Shown here: one piece after another, positions 45,382 through 55,398 of the stretch
Numbering within the stretch: position 1 is the stretch's first letter
Layout of the letters: each line of letters opens with the position of its first letter
Origin: an uncultured virus (IMG/VR IMGVR_UViG_3300030376_004332)
Lineage: Duplodnaviria; Heunggongvirae; Uroviricota; Caudoviricetes
Strand: one strand, 5' to 3'
Virus record (IMG/VR): IMGVR_UViG_3300030376_004332
DNA: 64,000 bases
Notes under the pieces: generated by a model
Told to the model about the DNA's origin: nothing
Databases searched by the model: none
What the model saw: only the letters and a program-made list of their open reading frames with translations
Made by a program: the position numbers and the translations under genes

Positions 45382-45409
45382 TTGATAGTAATTCAAGTTC
45401 TTTTATGCT
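45382..45409 (+). promoter_or_regulatory. Sigma70-like promoter for the helicase operon, near-leaderless
   Basis: TTGATA-16-TATGCT, then 7 nt, then the ATG at 45417. Confidence 0.55.
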
Positions 45410-45416
45410 GTGTTAA

Positions 45417-46712
45417 ATGAAAGAACTATTCCCCGCCCAATCTAAAGTAGCAGATTTTTTTGAAGAGAAGCTTAGAGATAATAAAAACACGCTAGATTCT
45501 AGCTCTGTAGGTACAGGTAAAACTGTAGTAGCAGCGCACTTAGCTTTACGATTAGACCGTCCTGTAGCGGTGATGTGTCCTAAAGCAGTTATTCCTTCAT
45601 GGGAAAGAGAGCTAAAGGAAGTAGGTATTGATCCTATATTTGTACTAAACTTCGAGAAAGTACGTACTGGTAACACGCCACATATGTCTAAGAGAGGAAA
45701 GAAAATTATGAACTGGAAGGTTCCTAAGAATACTTTGTTCCTTGTAGACGAGATACATAAATGCAAAGGGCCATATACTCAGAACGCTCAACTTGTAATA
45801 AGCCTTATTAAACAAGGGTTTTTAGTTCATGGTATGTCAGCAACAGCGTGTGAAGATCCTACCGAAATGAGGGCTATCGGATATATGTTAAACCTGCATA
45901 GCCTAGCTAAATCAGAGAATGGTTTATATAATTGGTTTGGTTGGATGAAGGCTAATGGTTGCTACCAAGATGAGTGGAACGGTTGGCACTTAGGGGCAAA
46001 GAAAAATTTACAACGTATACACGATAAAATTTATGGTGTCATGGCTGCTAAACTCACAGTGGCTGACTTCCCTGATTCATTCAGAAACAACAGGGTTTTT
46101 ATAGAACCTATGCAGTTTTCTGACTCTAAGAAAATTATAAAGACCTACGAAAAGTTAGGGTTAACACCGCAGATAATAACTGATTTGATAGAGAACGGAA
46201 AGGTAGATGATAGCGATCATGTTATCGTAAATATACTACGTGCGAGGCAACTGACTGAAGCCATGAAAGTCCCCGACTTAGTCGCATACACTCAAGATCT
46301 AGAGGAGCAGGGTAACTCTGTAGTTCTATTTGTTAACTTTAGAGATACTGTAAAAGCCCTTTGTGATCAGCTTAAATGCAAGTCAATAGAGGGGGGTCAG
46401 ACAGTGGAAGAACGTCAAGCTGTAGTAGATGATTTCCAAAATGATGAGACAAGCATAGTCGTTGCTAACATTGCAGCAGGGGGTACTGGACTATCATTAC
46501 ACGATTGTAATGGGAATAGACCAAGAGTTAGTTTGATCTGCCCTTCTTTCAATGCTAAAGACTACCTCCAAACTTTAGGTCGTATCCACCGTAATGGTGC
46601 AAAGTCTGACGCTATACAAAAAGTTTTAGTTACATCAGGGTCTATAGAAGAAAACGTCATAGACTCAATAGAAAGAAAAATACAAAACCTAACAGAACTA
46701 CATGGAGTCTAA
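45417..46712 (+). CDS. Superfamily 2 (SNF2-like) helicase
   Basis: GTGKT, DEIH, SAT, GGTGLSL and QTLGRIHR motifs. Confidence 0.9.
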   Translation: MKELFPAQSKVADFFEEKLRDNKNTLDSSSVGTGKTVVAAHLALRLDRPVAVMCPKAVIPSWERELKEVGIDPIFVLNFEKVRTGNTPHMSKRGKKIMNWKVPKNTLFLVDEIHKCKGPYTQNAQLVISLIKQGFLVHGMSATACEDPTEMRAIGYMLNLHSLAKSENGLYNWFGWMKANGCYQDEWNGWHLGAKKNLQRIHDKIYGVMAAKLTVADFPDSFRNNRVFIEPMQFSDSKKIIKTYEKLGLTPQIITDLIENGKVDDSDHVIVNILRARQLTEAMKVPDLVAYTQDLEEQGNSVVLFVNFRDTVKALCDQLKCKSIEGGQTVEERQAVVDDFQNDETSIVVANIAAGGTGLSLHDCNGNRPRVSLICPSFNAKDYLQTLGRIHRNGAKSDAIQKVLVTSGSIEENVIDSIERKIQNLTELHGV

Positions 46713-47823
46713 TACACCTGATCATAGTAGCAGAGGACACGCTCCTTTCTCACCATCAAGTCTCAAATACGTAGCAGGTTGTTCTGGTTACGAAGGTCGA
46801 TCAGGTACAAACGCTGCTGCCGAGAAAGGGACTCGTATACACGAAGCCTTAGAAGTTCGTGATCCCTCTGCCCTGCACGATGAAGACGAAGTCCTGATTT
46901 ATGAAGCAATAGTTGAGCAAGAGGAAGCATATATCACTAAGTTTGCTCAGGGTTTAGAGTACAAGGAAGAGAATGAGATAGTGTTGGATGTTGATCTTGA
47001 TTCTACTAAAACATGGGGAACCTGTGATAGACTAATTACATTTGATAATAAAGCTATACTGGCAGATTACAAAACAGGTGTCAGTGAGATAGACCCTCCT
47101 AGAAAGAATTGGCAAGCAAGGGCTTACACTGTGGGAGCTTTCCAAAGATACCCAGAGTTAGAAGAAATAACTTTTGTATTTTATATACCTGTTCGTAATG
47201 AAGTTTTAGAGGGTAAGTTTACAAGAGAAGAGTTACCTATTTTGGTGAAGCAAGTAGCTGACGTAATACGAAATGGCGAGAAAGTGCGTCCTCAATGGGA
47301 TGGTGGCTACCCTGAAGCGGATGCACTTTCTCCTTCAGTTAACTGTAGATTCTGTAAGCATGAAGATTACTGCCCATCTTTAGGTGGTTTAGCCGTTGAG
47401 ATAGTACAAAGAATATCAGGAGAGTCTTTACCTAAAGAAGATATTCAAGACCCAACCGATCCTAGTACAGTAGAGCATCTTTATACGGTAGCTAAAGTAG
47501 TAGAAAATTGGGCTAAACGTATAAAGGAACGAGCGGTTACTTTAGCAAAAGAAGGTATGGAGTTTGAAAACTTAAAACTTAGGTCTATGGGAGCTACACG
47601 TAAGTGTACAGATAATATAAAGTTAATAGACATAGCTAAAGAACACGATTTAGAACAAGAAGATTTACTCAATTTGATTAATATTCCCCTTAAAAAAGTA
47701 GCTAATGCTGTAGGGGATGCTGCTCCTAAAGGAGAAAAAGGAGAAAAATCAAGATCTTTTCTTGACGCTGTTGAAAACAATGGCATCATAGAGACATCGG
47801 AAGAAAGGTTTACCCTTTCTTAA
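46702..47823 (+). CDS. Cas4-like PD-(D/E)xK nuclease (DUF2800-like)
   Basis: SPSS..C, GTRIH, GTCD, DYKTG, Q...Y and CRFC.....C motifs. Confidence 0.85.
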   Translation: MESNTPDHSSRGHAPFSPSSLKYVAGCSGYEGRSGTNAAAEKGTRIHEALEVRDPSALHDEDEVLIYEAIVEQEEAYITKFAQGLEYKEENEIVLDVDLDSTKTWGTCDRLITFDNKAILADYKTGVSEIDPPRKNWQARAYTVGAFQRYPELEEITFVFYIPVRNEVLEGKFTREELPILVKQVADVIRNGEKVRPQWDGGYPEADALSPSVNCRFCKHEDYCPSLGGLAVEIVQRISGESLPKEDIQDPTDPSTVEHLYTVAKVVENWAKRIKERAVTLAKEGMEFENLKLRSMGATRKCTDNIKLIDIAKEHDLEQEDLLNLINIPLKKVANAVGDAAPKGEKGEKSRSFLDAVENNGIIETSEERFTLS

Positions 47824-47863
47824 AACAAAAATAAGACTAAGACCAAGACCAAAAATAAGACAT

Positions 47864-48520
47864 ATGGCAAATACAAAAGTAGTAGCAACTAAAAAAGAAG
47901 AACTAGCAGCACCAGTAGCTGCTCCAAGGCTTGCGATATCAGCAGAAGATATCGAAATCCCAAGACTCAATGTTATACAAGGGTCATCGGAAATTGATGG
48001 TGACGAGGGAGCCCTCGTTATTAATCGTACCCACACAATCATGCCCACAGCAGGAACACTTTCAGTGATCCCTATTACGGCAATGAAAGGGTGGGCAGAA
48101 AATGTGCCTTTTGGTTCAAATGATATAGCAAGGATTGCTTACAGCCTTGAAGAAAAAACAGCAATAGATTCTGACTCTGAGTTTGGTACTATTGAGTTTG
48201 CTGATATCACGCTGTTGATTCCAGAACCAAAAGATATTGGTGAAGACGCAGCAGATGCGTTCCCATTCCCAATCGGTGAAACGTCTTACGCAATGGGTAA
48301 AATCCATGTTCGTAAGGCAGCTTACAGAAACACATATAAAAGACTTGGTTTGTTCCAAGCAATGAACCCAGAGTCTCCTTTGTGTGCTAAACACTGGAAA
48401 TTCCAAGCGGATCAAGCGACAGCTAATAGGGTCAGTTGGTACATACCACAAATGACCGTAACTAAAGAAGATACTGATGAACAAGTAGTTGAGTTCGTAT
48501 CAAGAATTATACCTGCATAA
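47864..48520 (+). CDS. Putative ssDNA-binding/annealing protein
   Basis: DIEIPRLNVIQ motif; position between nuclease and polymerase. Confidence 0.55.
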   Translation: MANTKVVATKKEELAAPVAAPRLAISAEDIEIPRLNVIQGSSEIDGDEGALVINRTHTIMPTAGTLSVIPITAMKGWAENVPFGSNDIARIAYSLEEKTAIDSDSEFGTIEFADITLLIPEPKDIGEDAADAFPFPIGETSYAMGKIHVRKAAYRNTYKRLGLFQAMNPESPLCAKHWKFQADQATANRVSWYIPQMTVTKEDTDEQVVEFVSRIIPA

Positions 48521-48522
48521 TT

Positions 48523-48723
48523 ATGAGTATTGAAGAATTAGATAATAAGATATCTATTATCCAAAATGAATTGGAACAAGTAGAAGAAATTACAAAAGAC
48601 ATAGTCTCTAAAGCAAGGGAGTTAGCACTCTCAGAGGTTAAGATGGGAACTTTAATAGAAGCGTTTGAAGCGCAACTGAAAGTTCTACAGGAGCAAAAGG
48701 AGTCTCAGCCTGAGCTAATATAA
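48523..48723 (+). CDS. Small coiled-coil protein
   Basis: Heptad pattern. Confidence 0.65.
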   Translation: MSIEELDNKISIIQNELEQVEEITKDIVSKARELALSEVKMGTLIEAFEAQLKVLQEQKESQPELI

Positions 48724-48830
48724 ATCTTACCCCTTGCGGATTTACATGGAGTTTCCCGCAAGGAGTAGAAATGAGGGGAGCCTACCTGTGCGTCTTAGGT
48801 TTACGTGCAGGTAGGCAACTCATCTAGACT

Positions 48831-50594
48831 ATGGATACAATAGCAATAGACTTTGAAAGTTATTACGATAAGGAATGCTCTGTACGCATCCTTGGATTAT
48901 TAGGATACTTTAGCCACCCCGAATTTGATGCATATAGAGTTAGTGCTGTTGGGGATGATGGTACGAATTTTGTAGGGTGTCCTAAAGAAGATTTTGATTG
49001 GAGTATTATAGAAGGTAATCTCATACTCTCACACAACGCACAATTTGATGAAACGCTTTACTTGTATGGAGTTGATCAAGGGTGGTGGAAAAAGTTTGAT
49101 TACGCTGACTGGGTGTGTACAGCAGACCTAGCAGCATACTGTGGATTGCCGAGATCACTGAAAGGAGCTACAACCACTCTTTATAATTTAGAAGTAGATA
49201 AGTCTACTAGAGACAACATGTCAGGTAAACGATGGGAGGACATGACAAAAGAGTTTCAAGATGAAGTAGATGAGTACGCATTAAAGGACTCTGAGCTTTG
49301 TTTAAAACTATGGCAAGACTTAGAGGGTGATTGGCCTCAGCAAGAGCGGGATATCAGCCTAGCCAATAGGAGATGTGTACAAAGGGGAATACCTATCGAT
49401 ACGGAATTATTAAAACAATCCCTAATAACTATTAACGAGAAGTTATTTAAAGCAGAAAATTCTATACCTTGGATTGATGATAAACCCATTCTATCTAGAA
49501 AAGCTTTTAACGAAGAGTGTAAGAAAGAAGGGCTCGTACCTCCTGCTAGTCTAGCACTTACAGATGAGGACGCTAATAAGTGGATAAAAGAGCATGAGGG
49601 TAAGTATGAGTGGATCTCTGCTGTGCGTAACTACAGAAGGATAAACTCACTTAAAAGAAAGTTAGAGTCTTTTGAGTACGCTACTATGGGGGATCAAAGA
49701 TACTACGGAGGTATACTGTATCACGGAGCCCATACAGGTAGATTTAGTGGGAGTGGTGGTAACCTAAACTTACAGAACCTACCTAGAGGTGAAATGTTTG
49801 GAGTTAATTTACGGAGTTTAATATCGCCAAAGAAGGGTAAGAAGTTAGTTGTTGTTGACCTATCTCAAATTGAAGTCAGGACACTTTGTTGGTTAGCGGA
49901 AGACCAAGTATCCCTCGAAGAAATTAAACAGAGTGATGACATATACGAAGCGTTTGCAATCCGTTTTGATAAATGGGACAAATCAAAAGGGGTGCTAAAA
50001 GATGAAGATCCATCACTAAGACATTTAGTTAAGACTATGGTTCTCGGATGTGGTTATTCTGTATCAGCAAAGAAATTTGCTTTGATATCTAACATGGATG
50101 AAGAAGAAGCTGTCAAGGCTGTACATTTATATAGGACAAAAATGAAACGTGTTGTGTCCCTTTGGAACAAACTTCAACGCCAGTTGCACGTAGCCTATTC
50201 ATTAGGAACTGATTTTGTTGTGGACTTACCGTCAGGGCGTTCGTTGAACTACGGAGTGATACAAACTCAGCTTCAATTTGGCAGGAGGAACTACATGGCT
50301 ATGATTGCTAAAGGAATTAAGAAAATACCTGTAAAGTTATATGGAGGACTTTTAACAGAAAACGCATCACAAGCACTTGCAAGAGACATATTTTCAGATA
50401 TAATCATCCGCCTCGAAAAACGGGGTATGGGAATTATTTTTCACGTCCACGACGAAGTAGTTGTCGAGGTGGACGAAAATGAAGCAGAAGGAACGCTTGA
50501 ATTGATTATTCAAGAAATGAGAACACCTCCAGAATGGATACCTGATATTCCCCTAGATGCAGAAGGTAAAATTTTGGATAAATATGAAAAGTAA
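48831..50594 (+). CDS. polA: Family A DNA polymerase with 3'-5' exonuclease
   Basis: IDFES and HNAQFD exonuclease motifs, TGRFS, NLQNLP, DLSQIEVR (A), K...LGCGY (B), HVHDE (C). Confidence 0.92.
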   Translation: MDTIAIDFESYYDKECSVRILGLLGYFSHPEFDAYRVSAVGDDGTNFVGCPKEDFDWSIIEGNLILSHNAQFDETLYLYGVDQGWWKKFDYADWVCTADLAAYCGLPRSLKGATTTLYNLEVDKSTRDNMSGKRWEDMTKEFQDEVDEYALKDSELCLKLWQDLEGDWPQQERDISLANRRCVQRGIPIDTELLKQSLITINEKLFKAENSIPWIDDKPILSRKAFNEECKKEGLVPPASLALTDEDANKWIKEHEGKYEWISAVRNYRRINSLKRKLESFEYATMGDQRYYGGILYHGAHTGRFSGSGGNLNLQNLPRGEMFGVNLRSLISPKKGKKLVVVDLSQIEVRTLCWLAEDQVSLEEIKQSDDIYEAFAIRFDKWDKSKGVLKDEDPSLRHLVKTMVLGCGYSVSAKKFALISNMDEEEAVKAVHLYRTKMKRVVSLWNKLQRQLHVAYSLGTDFVVDLPSGRSLNYGVIQTQLQFGRRNYMAMIAKGIKKIPVKLYGGLLTENASQALARDIFSDIIIRLEKRGMGIIFHVHDEVVVEVDENEAEGTLELIIQEMRTPPEWIPDIPLDAEGKILDKYEK

Positions 50595-50596
50595 AA

Positions 50597-52783
50597 ATGC
50601 ATTACAAATACCTAAAAAACCTATCCGAACATAAAATATATACAGTTAAATCCCTCACAGAAATTACAACAACTCCAAAAAAGTTTACAGACAAAATACA
50701 AAGGAGAACGTGGTCTAATCACCCAGACACAGATTACGCTTTCTATTCATTGTTCGAGGGGAACGTAGGGTCTACACGCATATCAAAAAGGGGGGAGAAT
50801 AAAGTGTGTGCTATGTGGGGCTTCGTTGTCGAATACGACAACATAACTCCTGATTGGGACACGTTAGTAGATGAACTATTAACCAAGTGTGGTCCGTACC
50901 CACCCACAGTGATAACAAGAACACCGTCAGGAGGAGTCCGTTTAATATGGGAGTTTGAAGATAAGCTGCTCATAGATGACAGGATGTTTAAGAACTTTAT
51001 TAATCGGTTAGCTGATAGACTTAAAGTAAGGAGGTTGTTTGCAGGGTTTGATGAGTCTTGCCTATTACCCCACCAATATTTTTACTTAGGTGAAATAATT
51101 CACACTACAAATAAAAGAATACCTGAAGAACTCTACGTTAAATTATTAATTAAAACAGGTATTGAAAACCCTCCACAAGCTCCTTCATCATTAAGTATTC
51201 CATTAGACGCTGTTGAAACGGAAGTACGTGAAAATACTAAGTACAATAGTAGGTGGCCTTACCCATTTGAAGTAGGTGTAAGAGGGCCTTTATTTTGGAT
51301 CGATGATGGTATTGAAAGAGAAGGGTGTCAGATAACACAAGACGGCATGATCTGCTACTCAGATAGAGCAGGTAAAGGTTTCTTAACGTGGAAGGAAATA
51401 TTCGGAGAAAAGTTTGTCGAAGATTATGAGAATAAAAAATTAGACTATCTAATAGAGCGATACTGGTTTACGGGAAAAACTTTTTATACAAAGATAAACA
51501 ATCGTGTTTGTATGATAGACAAAGACCAACTCAAATTAGAACTAAGGCAAGCTGGTTTTAACAAAAGAGCAAGTGCAGGAAAGCCGTTAAGTGAGCTAGA
51601 GAACGCTGTATTAATAATACAACGTGATAGTCGAATTGACGAAGTAGCTCCTATTGTATTTGATGAAGATACCGTAGTTCAGTCAGGGCCAAATAAAATT
51701 TTAAATACCAGTACCTTAAAAGCAATACAACCTGCGGGAGATAGTGATAAGAAAAAATGGCCTTTTATTGATAAATGGTTAAAGCAGTTTTTTAAAGATG
51801 AAAAGTCTTTAAACTATTTCTATGCTTGGTTACAAAGAATATACTCGGCTGTTCTGTATAAAGAATCAAAACAAGGACACGCTTTATTATTAGTAGGGCC
51901 AACAAACAAAGGAAAATCTTTGTTATCTAATAAGCTTATAGGTGGTTTGCTTGGAGGATTTGCAGACGCATCTGATTATTTAAGTGGTGACAGTAAGTTC
52001 AATAAAGAATTAGGTCAGGTAGCTGCTTGGGTTATCGATGATACAACCTCTGCTGCTTCTTTTGCAGAACAAAGAAGGGCTACTGAACTCATTAAAAAAG
52101 CGACAGCTAACCCAAGAATAGAGTACCAAGCTAAATTTGAAAACTCTATAACAATCAGTTGGGCAGGAAGAGTTATCATGTCTTTAAATATGGACGCAAC
52201 AAGCTTATCAGTTATACCTGCATTAGACTCAAGTAACAGAGATAAGATAATTGCTCTGCGTATATCAGATGATGCTACTAGCAATTTTTCTAAACTACTC
52301 AATGTAGTAGAAGCTAGTAATACAGTTATAGAAAGCACAATGGAAGAAGAATTACCACACTTTGCACAGTGGCTACTCGAATATGAAATACCGAAAGATA
52401 TAAAAGGAGACTCAAGGTTCGGTATTAAGTCACACATAGACCCTGAAATAGATGCTGCTGCGTTCGCTAACTCAAATAGATCTGTGTTAATAGAGGCTAT
52501 AGAATTTTTTGCCGAAACATTAAAAGAGTATGGGTATAATAAGCCTGTATGGAGGGGTACTGTAGTAAAATTAATGGCTAAAATACAAGACCTAAACGGA
52601 AATAAGCCTTTGAATAACCTGACTAGTAATATGGGTTGGATGATTCGTGGTATGCAATCATTGGAAGAAGCTAGTAAAGCTGATAAAGATGTACGTCCTA
52701 TAACTTCTGTTTATAAAAACAACCTTAGAATTTACTCTATTGATTTAGATTCAAAGTGGGATATAAGTACTTCTGATGACTAG
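50597..52783 (+). CDS. Primase-helicase-like protein with an SF3/D5-type ATPase
   Basis: GPTNKGKS Walker A, VIDD Walker B, S.N sensor; the N-terminal primase call is weaker. Confidence 0.75.
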   Translation: MHYKYLKNLSEHKIYTVKSLTEITTTPKKFTDKIQRRTWSNHPDTDYAFYSLFEGNVGSTRISKRGENKVCAMWGFVVEYDNITPDWDTLVDELLTKCGPYPPTVITRTPSGGVRLIWEFEDKLLIDDRMFKNFINRLADRLKVRRLFAGFDESCLLPHQYFYLGEIIHTTNKRIPEELYVKLLIKTGIENPPQAPSSLSIPLDAVETEVRENTKYNSRWPYPFEVGVRGPLFWIDDGIEREGCQITQDGMICYSDRAGKGFLTWKEIFGEKFVEDYENKKLDYLIERYWFTGKTFYTKINNRVCMIDKDQLKLELRQAGFNKRASAGKPLSELENAVLIIQRDSRIDEVAPIVFDEDTVVQSGPNKILNTSTLKAIQPAGDSDKKKWPFIDKWLKQFFKDEKSLNYFYAWLQRIYSAVLYKESKQGHALLLVGPTNKGKSLLSNKLIGGLLGGFADASDYLSGDSKFNKELGQVAAWVIDDTTSAASFAEQRRATELIKKATANPRIEYQAKFENSITISWAGRVIMSLNMDATSLSVIPALDSSNRDKIIALRISDDATSNFSKLLNVVEASNTVIESTMEEELPHFAQWLLEYEIPKDIKGDSRFGIKSHIDPEIDAAAFANSNRSVLIEAIEFFAETLKEYGYNKPVWRGTVVKLMAKIQDLNGNKPLNNLTSNMGWMIRGMQSLEEASKADKDVRPITSVYKNNLRIYSIDLDSKWDISTSDD

Positions 52784-53042
52784 AGAAGAAATTAATGAGT
52801 TCTGTGAGGTTAACGCACCTGACGAAGACATAATAGTCCCTGATGATTTCGATGACGCTTTCATTGGGTTGGCTTTAGAAGAAGACCCTACAAGGGCTGT
52901 GTACTCAATAGAAAGGTGTATTAATATATTAGCTAAAGAAATGAAACCAGATGAAGCGGAAGAATACTTTTGGTTTAATGTAGCAGGGTCGATAGGAAAA
53001 GGTTACCCAATATTTATTTCTACACCCGAAGAAACTTATTGA
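52776..53042 (+). CDS. Conserved phage hypothetical; paralog of 44376..44636
   Basis: DFDDAFIG...AVYS...AEEYF.FN...PIF motif. Confidence 0.75.
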   Translation: MTREEINEFCEVNAPDEDIIVPDDFDDAFIGLALEEDPTRAVYSIERCINILAKEMKPDEAEEYFWFNVAGSIGKGYPIFISTPEETY

Positions 53043-53566
53043 AATAAAGTAGCAGATTGTAAATCCTCTATATCAATATGCAATCCTGATGTTTTATACA
53101 CAAACCCATCAGTATCTGTCTCACCTCTATTTTTGTATGTAGCCTTCTTTAGAAGCTTTGTTGTGGGTAACCAACCGACAATCCAAACAATCATAAAGTC
53201 TTTACGCACTCGTGTAAAAAAGTAAGCGTCGTTGTCGGGCATAAATTGTTTCTTACAATTAACTGAAGCGGAGTAATGGGGCTTTGGGGGCGTAGCACAA
53301 GATTTAGATTTAACTTCTATCTTACGTTTCTTATACTCTAAGTCGTGAGTGAACACTGAGTCACCAACATACTTACTCCTCTTTAAATATTTATGTACAG
53401 CTATCTCACCTAAGTATCCTGCCATTCGCCCTACACCCTGAGTAAATGAATTAGGAAGCACTCCCAGTTGGCATGACCTCTTATGTGCAACAACTAGATC
53501 ATCGCTGGTAGGGGTATACACAACGAAGTTATCTTTAACTTCAAACCCTTTTCTTTTCCTAGCCAA
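53036..53566 (-). CDS. PD-(D/E)xK-like nuclease-fold protein
   Basis: GYLGE...D...IEVKSK; TTG start just after the upstream stop. Confidence 0.6.
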   Translation of the reverse strand: MARKRKGFEVKDNFVVYTPTSDDLVVAHKRSCQLGVLPNSFTQGVGRMAGYLGEIAVHKYLKRSKYVGDSVFTHDLEYKKRKIEVKSKSCATPPKPHYSASVNCKKQFMPDNDAYFFTRVRKDFMIVWIVGWLPTTKLLKKATYKNRGETDTDGFVYKTSGLHIDIEDLQSATLFQ

Positions 53567-53568
53567 AA

Positions 53569-53865
53569 TTAATTTACTTTTTTGAGGAAATTGTTCCATG
53601 CGGGAAAGAATATTTCTTCCATGCATCGCACAACTGCTTCTTGTTCATATGACTCAAGCCAACCAACACCACTTAGTAATAAGCTGGCTTCCATCATTTC
53701 ATGTCTTATGGTTTCTAGTAAGACCTTACCTTTGATCTTTTTATTAATTTGAATTAGTTTTTTATCGTGGAAGTATAAACCATAGGGAGGCTCATCATCG
53801 CCAAAAGGAACCACCTCTACTTCTATTCGGTGACCCGCAATAGATATTGATTTTGGAAGTTCCAC
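53569..53865 (-). CDS. Small zincin-like protein with a degenerate HExxH (HEMME)
   Basis: P.SI.I.G....V, YG.Y.....I.I and TIRHEMMEA; GTG start. Confidence 0.6.
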   Translation of the reverse strand: MELPKSISIAGHRIEVEVVPFGDDEPPYGLYFHDKKLIQINKKIKGKVLLETIRHEMMEASLLLSGVGWLESYEQEAVVRCMEEIFFPAWNNFLKKVN

Positions 53866-53866
53866 A

Positions 53867-54421
53867 TTACCACCTTTCTGAAAGTTCCGTATACAATGAA
53901 ATACCCCCAGCAATAGCAGAGGCCATACCTTTTTTATTCTTAGTAGCTAGTTCCCAATCTTCTTTATTTGTACCGAAAAACGGTTCCGCAATGCAAGCTG
54001 GCATTGAGGTGGCTCGTAAAAAGTAAGCCCCTCTACTACCTTTCTTACGTCCTTTAATACCTCTACTAGTAAACTGAGGGAAAGAGTCCTCAAATGAGTC
54101 CCTTAAAGTACGTGCAAGCAATCGTCCTTTCTCAGAAGTATGCCAATAGAGCCATTCATGCCCTGTTGCTTTTGGAGTAGCAGCATTAAAGTGCAGTTCA
54201 ACGGCAGTACTTACACGATCTTCATCTAACTTCCTAGATAACCACCGCATGGCTGTAACATAGCTACCCCCATGATAAGAAGAATAAATCTTATATGGTT
54301 GTTGTAGCTCCTTGCCAATCATCTCAGCAAGTTCGGAATTATAATCCCATTCAGTTATGCCCGAAACAGAGGCTGCACCTGAATCATTTGGTCGAGAGTG
54401 TCCTACGCAGATTGCTATCAT
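53867..54421 (-). CDS. Endolysin, N-acetylmuramoyl-L-alanine amidase (Amidase_3)
   Basis: VGH, E..YN, ELHFNA and IAEPFF zinc-amidase motifs. Confidence 0.9.
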   Translation of the reverse strand: MIAICVGHSRPNDSGAASVSGITEWDYNSELAEMIGKELQQPYKIYSSYHGGSYVTAMRWLSRKLDEDRVSTAVELHFNAATPKATGHEWLYWHTSEKGRLLARTLRDSFEDSFPQFTSRGIKGRKKGSRGAYFLRATSMPACIAEPFFGTNKEDWELATKNKKGMASAIAGGISLYTELSERW

Positions 54422-54641
54422 CTCCTATTATTATAGCACGTCTGTAGGAATAATCACTATGGAACTTCTGCCCACGCCCCATGAGATTGCCTTCTTTAAA
54501 GGGGTAATCGTACCCTTGAATTAGGGTAACTGTAGGAGGATCATATATTGCGCTTTCGTTCAATGCTGAGTCGCCCACTAAGTCTTTCAAGGCGCAGCTT
54601 GGCAGCAGGGCTACCGTCAGCAGCAAGGCGATCAATCTCAT
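54384..54641 (-). CDS. Putative o-spanin-like lipoprotein
   Basis: MRLIALLLTVALLPSC lipobox; starts inside the upstream ORF in another frame. Confidence 0.6.
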   Translation of the reverse strand: MRLIALLLTVALLPSCALKDLVGDSALNESAIYDPPTVTLIQGYDYPFKEGNLMGRGQKFHSDYSYRRAIIIGDDSNLRRTLSTK

Positions 54642-54735
54642 CTTCAAGGGCATATACGTATTTCCGTTGTTTAGACCTAGTGTAATTCACATAAGCCTCT
54701 AACGCTAATACTATTATCCTCAAGAAATGCCTCAC
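54541..54735 (-). CDS. Putative i-spanin-like protein
   Basis: Short hydrophobic N-terminus plus helical segment; overlaps the lipoprotein gene; GTGA coupling to the holin. Confidence 0.45.
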   Translation of the reverse strand: MRHFLRIIVLALEAYVNYTRSKQRKYVYALEDEIDRLAADGSPAAKLRLERLSGRLSIERKRNI

Positions 54736-54896
54736 TTCTTTTTAGACATTATAGACCAAATAACGCCTATAAGTGTGACAGCAGCCGATACTCCTGTAGT
54801 AACTTCGTCATTTGAAGCCATCCCATTCTGCGTCATAAAACCCCCACCAAACGTGAGGAAGTGCCTTACTATTCCTAATATAGATTCTTTATTCAT
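54732..54896 (-). CDS. Putative holin, 54 aa, two TM (not in the ORF track)
   Basis: MNKESILGIVRHFLTFGGG...TLIGVIWSIMSKKK*; coupled at both ends within the lysis cluster. Confidence 0.8.
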   Translation of the reverse strand: MNKESILGIVRHFLTFGGGFMTQNGMASNDEVTTGVSAAVTLIGVIWSIMSKKK

Positions 54897-55069
54897 TTCT
54901 TCTTCCTTTTTAACAGGTTATAGAGTGTGATAATAGCTACTGTAATACCCAACAGGCCACCAACTACTTGGATACTCCATTGAATTACTTCAGCGTACGG
55001 AATAGTGACAGCAATCAAAGATCCCGTTATACCCGTAGCTCCCTTTACAATTAGCTCTTCATTGCTCAT
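54893..55069 (-). CDS. Small membrane protein (holin/antiholin-like)
   Basis: Two hydrophobic segments and a basic tail; TGnTATATT 8 nt before the ATG. Confidence 0.6.
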   Translation of the reverse strand: MSNEELIVKGATGITGSLIAVTIPYAEVIQWSIQVVGGLLGITVAIITLYNLLKRKKK

Positions 55070-55089
55070 AAAAGGGCAATATAGCACAA

Positions 55090-55398
55090 TTACTCGTTAG
55101 TATCTACGTCTGATTCTTCGTCGCTAGTATCGTCTGTAACTAGCGTAAGATCATCGAGATCTGACGGAGTTGTGGTAAAAGAAGGGTCTTCAGAAGGGGC
55201 TTTTGTGTGACTGTCGTATATATCGCTTATACTTACCCAACCCTTGTCTCTAAGGATAGAATAGTCTTCAAACGAATTACACACACGTTTATCAGTGTGT
55301 TTAATCGTATGGCCGTTGCCATCTGTAGATTCTTGTTCCACTGGATTAAGCATCCAATGAGTCTTAAAATCCTCCTCAGATAAGTCGAGGTCAGGCAT
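55090..55398 (-). CDS. Acidic hypothetical protein
   Basis: TAATG-coupled ORF. Confidence 0.65.
   Translation of the reverse strand: MPDLDLSEEDFKTHWMLNPVEQESTDGNGHTIKHTDKRVCNSFEDYSILRDKGWVSISDIYDSHTKAPSEDPSFTTTPSDLDDLTLVTDDTSDEESDVDTNE

Noticed and set aside
47821..47863. AAGAC short repeats upstream of the SSB-like gene
   Set aside because: Low-complexity A-rich leader; too short to assign a function
54727..54930. Plus-strand 67-aa ORF in the lysis region
   Set aside because: Antisense to the better-supported 54-aa holin ORF
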